This document shows, piece after piece, positions 22,982 to 36,439 of a DNA stretch of 64,000 nucleotides. The notes beneath the pieces are model-generated. The model searched no databases. It saw only the letters and a program-made list of their open reading frames with translations, and was not told where the DNA came from. A program made the translations under genes and the position numbers. Location of the stretch: positions 124,001 to 188,000 of the forward strand of contig OX597823.1 of the NCBI GenBank assembly GCA_951406725.2, given 5' to 3'. Source of the DNA: Octopus vulgaris (lineage: Eukaryota). Within the stretch, counting starts at the first letter, position 1; each line of letters begins with the position of its first letter.

Positions 22982-23022
<41 letters not shown>

Positions 23023-24224
23023 CACATATATATATATATATATAAATATATATTATATATATAAAAATAATGGTACCATTACATATTTTCCCTTCATGTA
23101 TGTATGTATGTATGTATGTATCAAAAGAAGCATGCAAAAATACATACGGACAGGGCATACGTGGGGAGTTAAATTTGAAGGTATTTGTCTCCTGCCTTTA
23201 GGAACAGCTTGACGCATTGATGAAAAATCAACAACTACGTAGAGGATAACGATAAATGTTGTGTTTGAGAAAAATTCATCTGACATAGAGGACTTCAAAC
23301 AATCTGAAAGCTGGAAAAATTTACCCGCATCACTATGATTTGCGACGGGAATGAAAACGTAGACATCCTGACTGCAGCTCAAGGCCCTGTGAACACTATA
23401 AACTTTGTAAGATAATGACATTTACTGTTTCAACAGAGACTACGATGCCATTGTTATCAGGAAGGGAGACAGCAGTCGTTCTCTCCTCGTCCACACTGCG
23501 GGGTTTCATTCTCACATCATTGGAAAGAGCTTTAATCTCAATACAGATAGCTACGTGGAAACTACTGGTGAGGGTGGTGAAATACTGAAGCAGGATTTGG
23601 AACCTTGCCTTACCAGAAGATGTTGTCCCACAATTTCTGCGGCTTTACCATCCTCAATTTCTGGCCTTCTAAATCCCCCAATTGTAATCCAGTGGATTAA
23701 TATATGTGAGGCGCGATTGAGAAAGACATCAAATGCTGTACCTAGAAATCGTTTCTACCGGAAGCACAAAGCCTTAAATTTTGGGGAAGAGATTATGTCG
23801 GTTACATTGACCCCAGTGCGTAACCGATACTTATTTAATCGACCTCGAAAGGGTGAAAGGCAATGTCGACCTCGGCGGAATTTGTACGCGTGAAATCCTC
23901 TTTCTTTTCTTTCTGTTCCTGAGCGTCCAATAACACTGTACTTATTCCACGTCCTCGCAATGTTGCGTTTTCTTGCTTGTTCATGTTTGGATTAACTGTA
24001 TATATATATATATATAAGTATACATATGTGTGACCGAGTGTGTATCGTTGGCGATTTTTTTTTTCCTCCGTCTTCCCTTCCTAGGATCTTTCCTTTTCCT
24101 ATATTTCTGACGAAGAGCTCCCCTCGAAACGTTAAATCATACTTCCTACTTTCCTTTCCTGAGCGTCCAATAACACTATACTTGTTCCACGTCCTCGTGT
24201 TGTCGTGTTTTCATGTTTGGATTA

Positions 24225-24320
<96 letters not shown>

Positions 24321-24810
24321 TATATCGTCATAAGAGTTTCAATCATTTAATGCTTTGTCTCATATATTTCACAACACTAAATAGTGTCAGTAGATTCAAA
24401 TTTCCACCAAGATAAATTTATTTTTACAAGTACTAAGTAGTCCTCCTAAACATTGTCGTGTATAGACTCACCATAATCTGTTCTTAGATCGTTATATACT
24501 ACAAAGACCAGTGATGAAAAAATGTAGCCTTAACTATTTGCATCACGAAAAACACGAAAACGTATTTGAAGTCACTACTGGAATGAAGGTTGCCAAGTTT
24601 TTACTGACGCAACAATATTTATTGAAATACGCATTAAAGCATTTGAAAGTATATAGATATGGTGTGTGTGTGTGCGTGTATGTGTATGTGTATGTGTATG
24701 TGTGTGTGTGTATGTGTACATATATAATATATATACACACATGTATGCGGATAAAAAAGCAGACAGAAAGATTGATCGCTAGATAGAAAAACAAAGACAG
24801 GGAGACTGAC

Positions 24811-24866
<56 letters not shown>

Positions 24867-26943
24867 GCATATATACACAGAGAACAGATAGTAACAAAGT
24901 GATAGAATCTATTAAAATATTTTAAATTAAGACCTCACATGCAGAGAGGTTCTCTGCCATTTTCTCTCTCCTTTACTTTTCTGCCATTAGATAGGCTATA
25001 TTACTTGTAATAGTATAAAGAAAAATTTTGACGAAATGTATTAAAATTTTACTCTCAAATTATATTTGATGTTGAGATATCGTTCTGACATGCATCACAT
25101 GTGTGTATACACACACCTATACACACACAGCCACACGCGCACACACACACACACACACACAACCATGTGTGTATACATATAAAATAAGGAAAATCAGGCG
25201 GTTTGTGTTGAATATATTTGTTTCATCAGTTAATATCCGTGAGATTACGATCGTTTCGCAGCAACATGCTCTTTGATCTCTGTCGGCACCCTTTTTGATC
25301 TCTTTCGGCACCCTCTTTGATCTTTGTCGGCACCCTCTTTGATCTCTGTCGGCACCCCCTTTGATCTCTGTCGGTACCCTCTTTGATCTTTGTCGGCACC
25401 CTCTTTGATCTCTGTCGACACGCCATTTGATCTCTGTTGGTACCCTCTTTGATCTCTGTCAGCACATTGATTGATCTCTGTCAGTACCCTCTTTCACCTC
25501 TGTCGGCACGCCCTTTGATCTCTGTCGGTACCCTCTTGATCTCTGTCGGCACGCCCTTTGATCTCTGTCGGTACCCTCTTTGACCTCTGTCGGAACCCTC
25601 TTTGATTTCTGTCGGCACACCCTTTGATCTATGTCGTCACGCCCTTTGATCTCTGTCGGCATCCCTCTTTGATCTCTGTCGGTACCCTCTTTGATCTCTG
25701 TCGGTATCCTCTTTGATCTCTGTCGGCACGTCCTTTGATCTCTGTCGGTACCCTCTATTGATCTCTGTCGGCACGCCCTTTTGACCTCTGTCGGAACCCT
25801 CTTTGATCTCTGTTTGTACCCCTCCTTTGATCTCTGTCGGCACCCTCTTTGATCTCTGTCGGCACGCCGTTTGATCGCTGTCGGCACGCCCTTTGATCTC
25901 TGTAGGTACCTCTTTGATCTCTGTCGGCATGCCCATTGATCCCTGTCGGTACCCTCTTTGATCCTTTCGGCATCCTCTTTGATCTCTTTCGGCACCCTCT
26001 TTGATCTCTTTGATCTCTGTCGGCACCCCTTTGATTTCTGTCGGCACCTCCTTTGATCCCTGTCGGCACACCCTTTGATCTCTGTCGGCACCCCTCTTTG
26101 ATCTTTGTCGGCACCCTCTTTGATCTTATTCGGCAATCCTCTTTGATCTCTGTCGACACCCCTCTTTGATCTCTGTCGGTACCCTCTTTGATCTCTATCG
26201 ACATCCCTCTTTGATCTCTGGCGGTACCCTCTTTGATCTCTCTCGGCACCCCTTTGATCTCTGTCGGCACCCCATTTGATCTCTGTCGGCACCCAAGCTT
26301 TGATCTCTGTCGGCACCCCTCTTTGATCTTTGTCGGCACCCTCTTTGATCTTTATCGGCACCCCTCTTTGATCTCTGTCGGCACCCCCTCTTTGATCTCT
26401 GCCGAAAGAGTTCAAAAGAAGAGTGCCGAAAAGAGATCAAAGAGGGTGCCGACAGGATCAAAGAGGGTGCCGAAAGAGATCAAAAAGGTGCCGACGGAGA
26501 TCAAAGAGGGGTGTCGAAAGCAGAGATCAAAGAGGGAATACTGAAAGAGATCAAAGAGTGTGCCGACAAAGATCAAAGAGGGGGTGCCGACAGAGATCAA
26601 AGAGGGTGCACCGACAGAGATCAAAGAAAATTGCCACAGAGTTCAAAGAGAGTCGCCGACAGAGATCAAAGAGGGTGCTGAAAAAGATTAAATCAACGCT
26701 TCAACTTTGCGTGAATATATGTGTGTATGTGTGTGCGTGTACAAGGGAAGTATTTGAATGTCTGTATGTGTGATTATTATATACTCTTTTACTGTTTTAC
26801 TTGTTTCAGTCATCTTTGTAAGCCTAGTACCTATTCTATCGGGTTCTTTTCCCGAACTGCTAAGTTTACAGGGACGTAAACACACCAGCATTTGTTGTCA
26901 AGTGATGTTTGGGGGACAAACACACACAGACACAGACACACAG

Positions 26944-26980
<37 letters not shown>

Positions 26981-28482
26981 ATATATATATATACGACGGG
27001 CTTCTTTCAGTTTCCGTCTACCAAATCCACTCACAAGGCTTTTGTGTCAATTGGCCCGAGGCTATAGTAGAAGACACTTGCCCAAGGAGCCACGCAGTGG
27101 ACTGAACCCGAAACCATGTGGTTGGTAAGCAAGCTACTTACCACACAACCACTCCTGCGCCTATTTATTATATTACTATTATATGTTTATTATATTACTA
27201 AATTCTAACAGTTGATTCTCCATCATTCTTGTTAATAACGATTCCAATTATTTGTTAAGCACATAATTTTAGCATAACTGGATATCCATGCTTAATGCTG
27301 GGACGAATAAAACTTTAACATATTCCTGAGCAAAATTCTGTGTGTTGCATTCTGATAATGGTGGACACTTGAAACGCGGGCATATATCTAAAGAGAAAAT
27401 GAAAGAAGCAGAAAGAGAATCAGTCAGAGTACTGTACTAATAGATCATCATCAATTCCAATGTAAAAATTTTCTGGGTATAGTTTGAAATCAGAGCGCAG
27501 AGGAACGTTTCCAATCTGGTGAATATCTACGCTATGTACGCCATATATGAAACGTCTATGAAAACTTTTCTAATTCTCCAGACAGATCGTAAAACACACC
27601 ACTAAATAAATATTAAACCAGTATGAGTTATTGAAATAGCTTATTACTTGAAACTAATATTTTATACCAGCTGATATTTTGTTTAAGATGATTTAATGTT
27701 TTACAAGTTCGTAATTTTGATCTACATTCATGTTCAGAAGTTGAGACAAATCTCATATTTATATCTCCAATGTAAAATTTATAATCACGATGTTTACAAC
27801 ATGTTTGCGACGTCTGCCGCTGAATTTGAAAATTAGATTAGTCATGTGAACTTTACAACTTATAACACAATATTAAAATCACAAACAAAATCTTTAAAAA
27901 ATTATAAAATTATAAGAAGCAACACATCCCAAACCTGTAATCCGTTGTGTAATGAATTTCAGACAACTAATATGATTTTGAAAATTCAGACGTAAAATTG
28001 GAATTTGAAAAATTCATGATTGTAACCGACAGACTGGATATATATGGACATCTATTTGCAGTGTGTTAAATATGTATAATTCAAACAGGAGACAATCCAA
28101 TAAGTCTTTTTACACGAGACAAGCAAAAATCTACGGTAGACATTGTAATTGAAAATTCAAATATTTTATATAGAATTTAATAAAGGCTCAGAGCGAAATA
28201 CCATACAAAGATGTAAAGTAGCTAAAGATATGTAATGTGACATTAACAGTTTATGATGTTTTATGGTTATAAAAAAAATTATGTGACACAAAAACATATT
28301 CCAGAGACGATGATTAGTCGTCAACGAGCAACCGTAAGAGCAATTCGTTAAGTTCAAGGACTTTTAAATACCAAAGTACCTCATAACTATATAATCAAAT
28401 CTCAACTCGATGATAATGATAACATTAATAATAATAATAATAACAACAACAACAATAATGATGATGATGATGATGATGATAA

Positions 28483-28513
<31 letters not shown>

Positions 28514-29198
28514 AATAATGAAATATATGGTGTTCTTACAGAGAACATTTAAGCCTTCTGCGATATTCAGGATCTCAGTTATTGGCGTATAATTAAACGG
28601 CAACACAGTATTTAACTGCATCAATACTTACTGGTGCTTTAAATCCCATATCCACACACACACACACACACGTGTGTGTGTGTGTGTTTAAGCATGTATG
28701 TATTTGTTAAGCACATATCTATAATCAAGTGCAAAGAAACTTATGCAGATGATTTTGTTTGACGAAACCAGTTTTGAGACAAAGGCTTAAGGCATATAAA
28801 AGAATCGGTATTGAATTGTCAACAGTAGAACACACTAAAACTTATATACACCCAGGAAGCAATGTAATATCCGCTAAGACGAGAATTACTATGTATAAAA
28901 ATGAATAGTTTGGTATGGCGGATATTTTAAGAACTGATAAATTACACCTCGCCAGTTATTACAGCTATATAAAACACAGCTAATCTATACTCTTCACTCT
29001 TTACTCTTTTACTTGTTTCAGTCATTTGACTGCGGCCATGCCTGGAGCACCGCCTTTGGTCGAGCAAATCGACCCCGGGACTTATTCTTTGTAAGCCCAG
29101 TACTTATTCTATCGGTCTCTTTTTGCCGAACCACTAAGTGACGGGGACGTAAGCACACCAGCATCGGTTGTCAAGCAATGCTAGGGGTACAAACACAG

Positions 29199-29251
<53 letters not shown>

Positions 29252-30310
29252 TATCAGACATGCTTCTTTCAGTTTCCGTCTACCAAATCCACTCACAAGG
29301 CATTGGTCGGCCCGGGGCTATAGCAGAAGACACTTTCCCAAGATGCCACGCAGTGGGACTGAACCCGGAACCATGTGGTTGATTAGCAAGAAAAAGGCAC
29401 TAGAGTAACTCCTATGTTTAATGAACAAAAGAAATAATATTTCTGGGGGCGATTCGTTCGACTAAAAAGTCAAGGAGGTTCCCCAATATGACCGTAGTAT
29501 CAAAATCGAAACAATAACGGAAGATATAAAAACACTCAACTGGATCGTTCCGAACGACAGCTCAACGAGCTTGCTCCTAGTCTGCAGCTTTTGCTCCATA
29601 AATCGGTACGATCACTTCTAACAATAGATGACAGCACCAACCATCGTAATATTATAACGACTTTACATACAGCCGTACACAATGAGAAAAATAAAAACGA
29701 CGTAGAAACGAAAGATTTGTGATGTTTAATTGAAATATCTATAATTTCTAAAAGAGAACCATCACGTGAGATTCACATTTCTCCTTCTTTTCTTTCTTTC
29801 TCTAAATATCCGATAATAAATTAGTTAATTATACAACCAAAACAAAGCCGGCAATATACCAATTTATCATTATTTCCTATGTTTGGCTATAAACATACCA
29901 TACATACTCTCTAAAAGGTTTTCTCTCTTTCTAAGTATCAATCTATCTATATCTGTACGTTCATGCATATATATATATTTATATATGTATATATGTTTAT
30001 ATATTTATATATGTATATATATTTATATATTTATATATGTATATATATTTATATATTTATATATGTATATATATTTATATATTTATATATGTATATATAT
30101 TTATATATTTATTTATGTATATATATTTATATATGTATATATGTTTATATATTTATATATGTATATATGTTTATATATTTATATATGTATATATATTTAT
30201 ATATTTATATATGTATATATATGCACGTATGTATGTATGCATGTATGCATATATATGTATGTATGCATATATGCATATATATGTATGTATGCATATATAT
30301 GTATGTATGC

Positions 30311-30342
<32 letters not shown>

Positions 30343-30354
30343 ATATATATGTGT

Positions 30355-30386
<32 letters not shown>

Positions 30387-33300
30387 GTGTATATATATAT
30401 ATATGTGTATATATATGTATATATGTGTGTGTGTATATATGTATATTTATATGTATATATCACCGTGACCGACCAGGCTATCAGATGTTGCTACACATCG
30501 CTGGTCACAATGTGCTTCGCATTGTTTTAGCCTCCAAATGACGCCACCCCGCTGGCTAAGCGAGCAGGCCAACAGAAGAAAGAGTGAGAGAAAGTTGTAA
30601 CGAAAGAGTACAGCAGGGATCACCACCACCTACTGCTGGAGCCTCATGGAGCTTTAGGTGTTTTCGCTCAATAAACACTCACAATACTCTGTCTGGGAAT
30701 CGAAACCGCGAGTCCACTGCCCTAACCACTGGGCCATTGCGCCTCCACATATGTATATATATGTATGTATATATATATATGGTAAATGACAAGTTTGACA
30801 TCTATTTCTAGTGTACAGGCTGTCCACTATTAATGGTCATTCCTCTAATTTTGTATATATATATATATATGTGTGTGTATATGTGGAGGCGCAATGGCCC
30901 AGTGGTTAGGGCAGCGGACTCGCGGTCGTAGGATCACGGTTTCGATTCCCAGACCGGGCATTGTGTGTGTTTATTGAGTGGAAACATGTAAAAGCTCCAT
31001 GAGGCTCCAGCAGTGGGTGGTGGCAATCCCTGCTGTACTCTTTCACCACAACTTTCTTTCACTCTTTCTTCTATCGGACTGCTCGCTTAGCCAGCGGGGT
31101 GGCGTCATTTGAAGGCTAAAACAATGCGAAGCACATTGTGACCAGCGATGTGTAACAACATCTGATAGCCTGGTTGGTCACGTGATATGTGTATATATAT
31201 GTATGTGTATATACGTATGTATGTGTCTATATATATGTAAGTGTATAAATATATATATCATCATCATCATCGTTTAACGTCCGTTTTCCGCGCTAGCACG
31301 AGTTGGACGGTTCGACCGGGGTCTGGGGAGCCAGGGGCTGCTCCAGGCTCCAGTCTGATCTGGCAGTGTTTCTACAGCTGGATGCCCTTCCTAACGCCAA
31401 CCACTCCGCGAGTGTAGTGGGTGCTTTTTACATGCCACCTGCACAGGTGCCAGAGGGGTCTGGCATCGGCCATGATCTGTTGGTGCTTTTTATGTGCCAC
31501 CGGCACAGAAGCCAGTCGAGGCGGTGCTGGCATCGGCCACGTTCGGATGGTGCTTTTTATGTGCCAATATATATATATGTGTGTGTATTACCTATCTTGG
31601 CTCTACCGTCACCCACAACCTATCCCTTGACGCTGAGCTCAATATATGCATTGGCAAGGCAGCTGCTGCGATGGCCCAACTCCAAACGGGCTTGGGACAA
31701 CAATAAGCTGACCAAGACCACGAAAATGAAGATCTACCAGGCATGTGTACTTAGCACTCTACTGTATGGAAGTGAGACTTGGACGCCATACACATGCCCA
31801 GAGCGTCGCCTAAACATCTTTCACCTGCGCTGCCTCCGGAAAATCCTTCGCATCAAATGGCAGAATCATATCCCCAACAAAGATGTCCTCAAGCAAGCAG
31901 GAATACCAAGCATGTTTGCACTCCTCACACAAAGACGTATGAGATGGCTTGGGCATGTTAGCCATATGAAAGATGGCAGAATCCCCAAGGACATACTCTA
32001 CGGAGAGCTTCCTAGGGGTACTAGATCTGTGGGAAGACTGTTCTTACGTTACAAGGATGTTTGCAAAAGGGACATGAAGGCCTGCAACATCAATATTAGC
32101 AATTGGGAGGCAGTTGCCGGCAACCGTGGAGAATGGCGACGTACCGTAAAAGAGGGAATACAAAGGAGTGACAGAGAGAGAGAGAGGAGAAATGGAAAGA
32201 CAAGAAAAGACGTCAACAAGAAACTATGGCATTACAACCAGCCAGGAACAGTCTTCGCTACATTTGCGGTACCTGCCAGAGGAAGTGTTTGTCCAGGATA
32301 GGACTACACAGCCACAGCAGGAAATGTATCAGGACATGAAATGTAAAAGCTGGACTAGACTACTTTATGCGCAACTCCTTTGTCTCCCGAGACAAAAAGG
32401 ATGCCAACCAATATAAATATAATTACTCCAATGGATGTGTAACGTCAGTGTGCATACTCGACAGAGTGTTAGTGCCTTGAGAGAAAGGTTGGACCTAAGA
32501 AGCATCAAATGTGGTGAGCAAGAGAGACGACTGCACTGGTATGGTTATGTGTTATGGGTGAGGACAGCTGTGTGAAAATGTGCCACATCCTAGCAGTTGA
32601 GGGAACCCGTGGAAGAGGTAGACCCAGGAAAACCTGAGATGAGGTGGTGAAGCATGACCTTCAAACACTGGGCCTCACCGAGGCAATGACTAGTGACCGG
32701 GACCTCTGGAAATATGCTGTGCTTGAGAAGACTCGGCAAGCGCAAGTGAGACCATAACATTGTGGCCTACGCCAGGGGTGTAACCAGTCCACTTATGCGT
32801 GCCTTTCCTTCATTAGACACTAAACTCTGCTTGCGAAGACTTGTTGAGGCAAGTGAAATCAAATTCGATGACTGGCATCTGTGCTAGTGGAGTGCTAAGA
32901 GAACCATACGAGTGAGATTGGGGCCAGAGCAACAAGCTGGCCTCTGATCCGATGGCACACTAAAAACACCATTCAAGTGTGATCGTTATCTGCATCGCCT
33001 TCTAGCACTTGTGCTCGTTGCACGTAAAAAAAAAACAGTCGAGTGAGGTCGTTGCCAGTGCCGCTGGACTGGCTCCTGTGCAGGTGGCACATAAAAAGCA
33101 CCATTTGGGCGTGGTCGTTGCCAGTACCACCAGACTGGCTCTCGTGCTGGTGGCACGTAAAAGCACCCACTACACTCTTGGAGTTGTTGGCATTAGGAAG
33201 GGCATCCAGCTGTAGAAACTCTGCCAGATCCAATTGGAGTCTGGTTCGCCAGCCCTCAGTCAAATCGTCCAACCCATGCTAGCATGGAAAGTGGACGTTA

Positions 33301-36300
33301 AACAACGATGATGACGACTATTACATCTGGGGACAGTCATTCTCTTTTAGTGTCTTATTAATTTAACACACTGATTTCCACTCATTTATTTTTACTAAAA
33401 TTTTTGTTGCAACTAATAACTTTTTCAGTAGTCTTTGACTGTCTATAATCAGAATTCCCAGAGATTTTTGTATGCATGCATGTGCATCAGTGTGCGTGCA
33501 TACACGTTTGTGTATGTATGAGTGGAAATCGGTGTGTTAAATTAATAAGGCACTAAAAGAGAATGACTTTCCCCAGACACAATAAAACATGCTCCAACAC
33601 ACAAATTCACATAAAGATTCTTTCAAATCACATACAAAAATGATATATATATATATATATTGAGCCTGAGCTCCTTTCAAGTGTTGGACCTCACAGAGGC
33701 AAAGTGGCCGAGCCCATTTCGAGTATTGAGCCTCACAGAGGCAATGAACAAGACCTGTGGCAGATACTGGTGTCACACAAATGGCACCCATTACACTTTC
33801 TGAGTGGTTAGCATTTGGAAGGGCATCCAGCTGTAGAAAGCCATGCCAGATCAGACTGGATCATAGCGCAGCCTTCCAACATGCCAGCCCAGTCGAACCA
33901 TCCAAACAACGGACAATGGATGTTTAATGATGATGATGACAATCCAGTCATAGAAACCATGTCAAATCAGACTGGAGCCTGGTGCAGCCCCTCAACTTAC
34001 TAGCCCTTGTCAAACCGTCAAACCCATGCCAGCTTGTACAACATACACTAAATGATGATGATGATTTTAAAATGTTGGGTAATAGGACAGAGAAACCAAT
34101 TTGATGGTAGAAATAATGGAGCACTTTTTTTTTAATGGTTTAGAGGAAGCAATGGTGCCCTGGTTTTGCAAGACTTCCGAGATTATCATTGAAGTCCTCT
34201 TCAACAGCTGCAAATTGACAACCAATGAAAAGAAGAGCAGGGTGAAAATTTCTGAAGACCAATAGTCTGGAGATGATGATGATGATGGTGGAAAGAAGCG
34301 ATATGACAAACGAGTTAAGACGGCACAAGATGAGCCATATCTGAGGAGCCGAGGCTATTGTGACAGGCAGTGTGGAGAGGGCACATCGATGGATGAAGGA
34401 ATGGAGATTGTTGCTAAAAGCTTCCTACCTGTCAGACAGGTAGGTCTTTTGGGGTTGTAATAAGAGCCCTGTATCATAAGTGAGAGCAGTACTGAAATAT
34501 TAAAGGACAAATAAGCATATAAATGTGTGTGTTCATATCTACNNNNNNNNNNNNNNNNNNNNNNNNNNNNNNNNNNNNNNNNNNNNNNNNNNNNNNNNNN
34601 NNNNNNNNNNNNNNNNNNNNNNNNNNNNNNNNNNNNNNNNNNTTTGAATCACCACTTTTCAGGCCCATCATCTCTGTTCATCCCTTCACCATATGAAACT
34701 TCTCTCTAAAAAAGCTCTATCATTCCCTCGCCAGAACTAGCCCCCATAAATACTCCTCCTGTTCATAAGGCAAAGATCTTAGATTATACAACACTTCCTT
34801 AAAAAAAAAAAAGACAAACATTGAATTGATTGTGTCACACTTGCAGAAAAGTATTTGGACCATGTGCGCATGTGAATAAATCCATACTTTGGTTTCTGAA
34901 GAAACAAGAGTATAGATTTAATAATTAAACACGCACTATTCGTGTAATCAAAGCCTCTCTTACACTAACACATGTTGAAATATTTAATGAGGATTATTAT
35001 TAAACTAAATATTTATTTAAGCAATTATTTTTTCATGTAACCTTAAGCTGGTGTATTTCCACTGCATGGATGGTGTCTTCTAATAAGGGCCAACCAGTGC
35101 ATTGTGAGTGAAATCTGATAAACAGAAACTGAAAGAAGCCCATTGTATGTATAAGTATACATGTCTTACTAGCTTCTTGCTACGATAGAAGGCACTTGCC
35201 TAATGTGTTGTACCTTAGTGGTACCCATTCCATGTGGCTGTGAAACAAGCAGCTGAGCATTAGAAAGTTTTGCAAAGAATCTGAAATTGCTGTATATTAA
35301 ATGTTGTTGTTCATTATCACATGTTTGAAATAGGAATTGTAAAGCAAGGAAAAAGAACCCCTGCAGTTAATTAATGAAACTACTTGGAATTGGCTTAGGT
35401 CCATTAATCCATTAGATGTTCAAGTGACAGCATCTCATTTTCTCAGACATCATCATTTAACGCCTGTTTTCCAGGCATGGGTTAGAGAGTTTGACAGAAG
35501 CTGGCCAACCAGAGAGCTGCACCAGGCTCCTCCATGGTTTCTATGGTTGGATGCCCTTCCTAATGCCAACCACTTTACAGAGTAGTTTTCAAGATAAAAG
35601 CCCCTGAGCTGAGAGAGGAAGTGGCTGAGAGGTTAGTGTATAACAGAGAGATGAGAGTTGTCTTACAATGGAGAGGATACTTGGCTGGCCCAGGAGGAAC
35701 AGAAAGGAGAGCAAAGGGTAAGTTAGAAGAGGCAGTCAGATTGAGAGGGACAGAAATAAATGGTGTTGGAGATGTATTAGGGCCTAGCCACAGGGGACAG
35801 CGATGGGTAAACATAAAGTAGTAGAGAGGATAGAGGGTGCTGTTCGATAATAATGCAAGGCGAGAAATATGACTGATGTAAATATCTCAATGACTGTGTG
35901 TGAAGATAAAAATAAGACATAATAATTATACTAAGAGCAGAAGCAGGGGTTCTAGAAAGGGGGAAATGAGGTTTTGAAGCTGTTGATGATTCAATGAAAA
36001 TTGAAGATTGGGCTAACATCTAAATACTGAAAATAATTGGAATTTCATCAAGAAAACCACTCACATCACAGATTTCTAAGAGATATGTTTTATTTTTTAA
36101 TCCAGGTAATTAAAGAAGCAAATAGAATTTTTAGAAGCAAAAAAACAGGGGTTAGGGCTTCTATTTCAGCAGACTTAGTGTTTAAATTTAAAGGAATTTC
36201 TAACCATTTCATTACAAGTCCATACAAAACATAAAAGGTAGGCTAAATTATTATCAAAACTATTAATATTCACAATAGTTAGGAGGTTTGAACATTGAAA

Positions 36301-36398
36301 ATATATAATTTTGTTGCAAATCTATAAAAATCCTAAGTTAGAGCAAGAACCTTAAACAGGATTGTGCATAATATTACAGCATAGATAAAATATTTGTG

Positions 36399-36439
<41 letters not shown>

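Larger units (their letters stand above)
19655..22984 (+). mobile_element. CR1-clade LINE, 5'-truncated within ORF1, ORF2 near intact
   Basis: ORF1 tail, APE endonuclease, RT, short 3' UTR ending (TTCTAAGTTA)x2; flanked on both sides by (TA)n. Confidence 0.92.

Noticed and set aside
25459-26415. 318-aa and other repetitive ORFs (RDQRG/PTEIKE)
   Set aside because: Open in several frames because the 22-bp unit lacks stops; no splice or homology support.
25270-26690. CRISPR-like regularly spaced repeats
   Set aside because: Units are contiguous, with only 5-8 nt of variable linker rather than unique spacers. No cas genes; eukaryotic intron context.
29883-30541. 143-215 aa Tyr/Ile/Met-rich ORFs
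   Set aside because: Microsatellite artefacts.
30885-30960. tRNA gene
   Set aside because: Has A and B boxes but continues into a repeated SINE body with a second copy nearby; no convincing acceptor stem.
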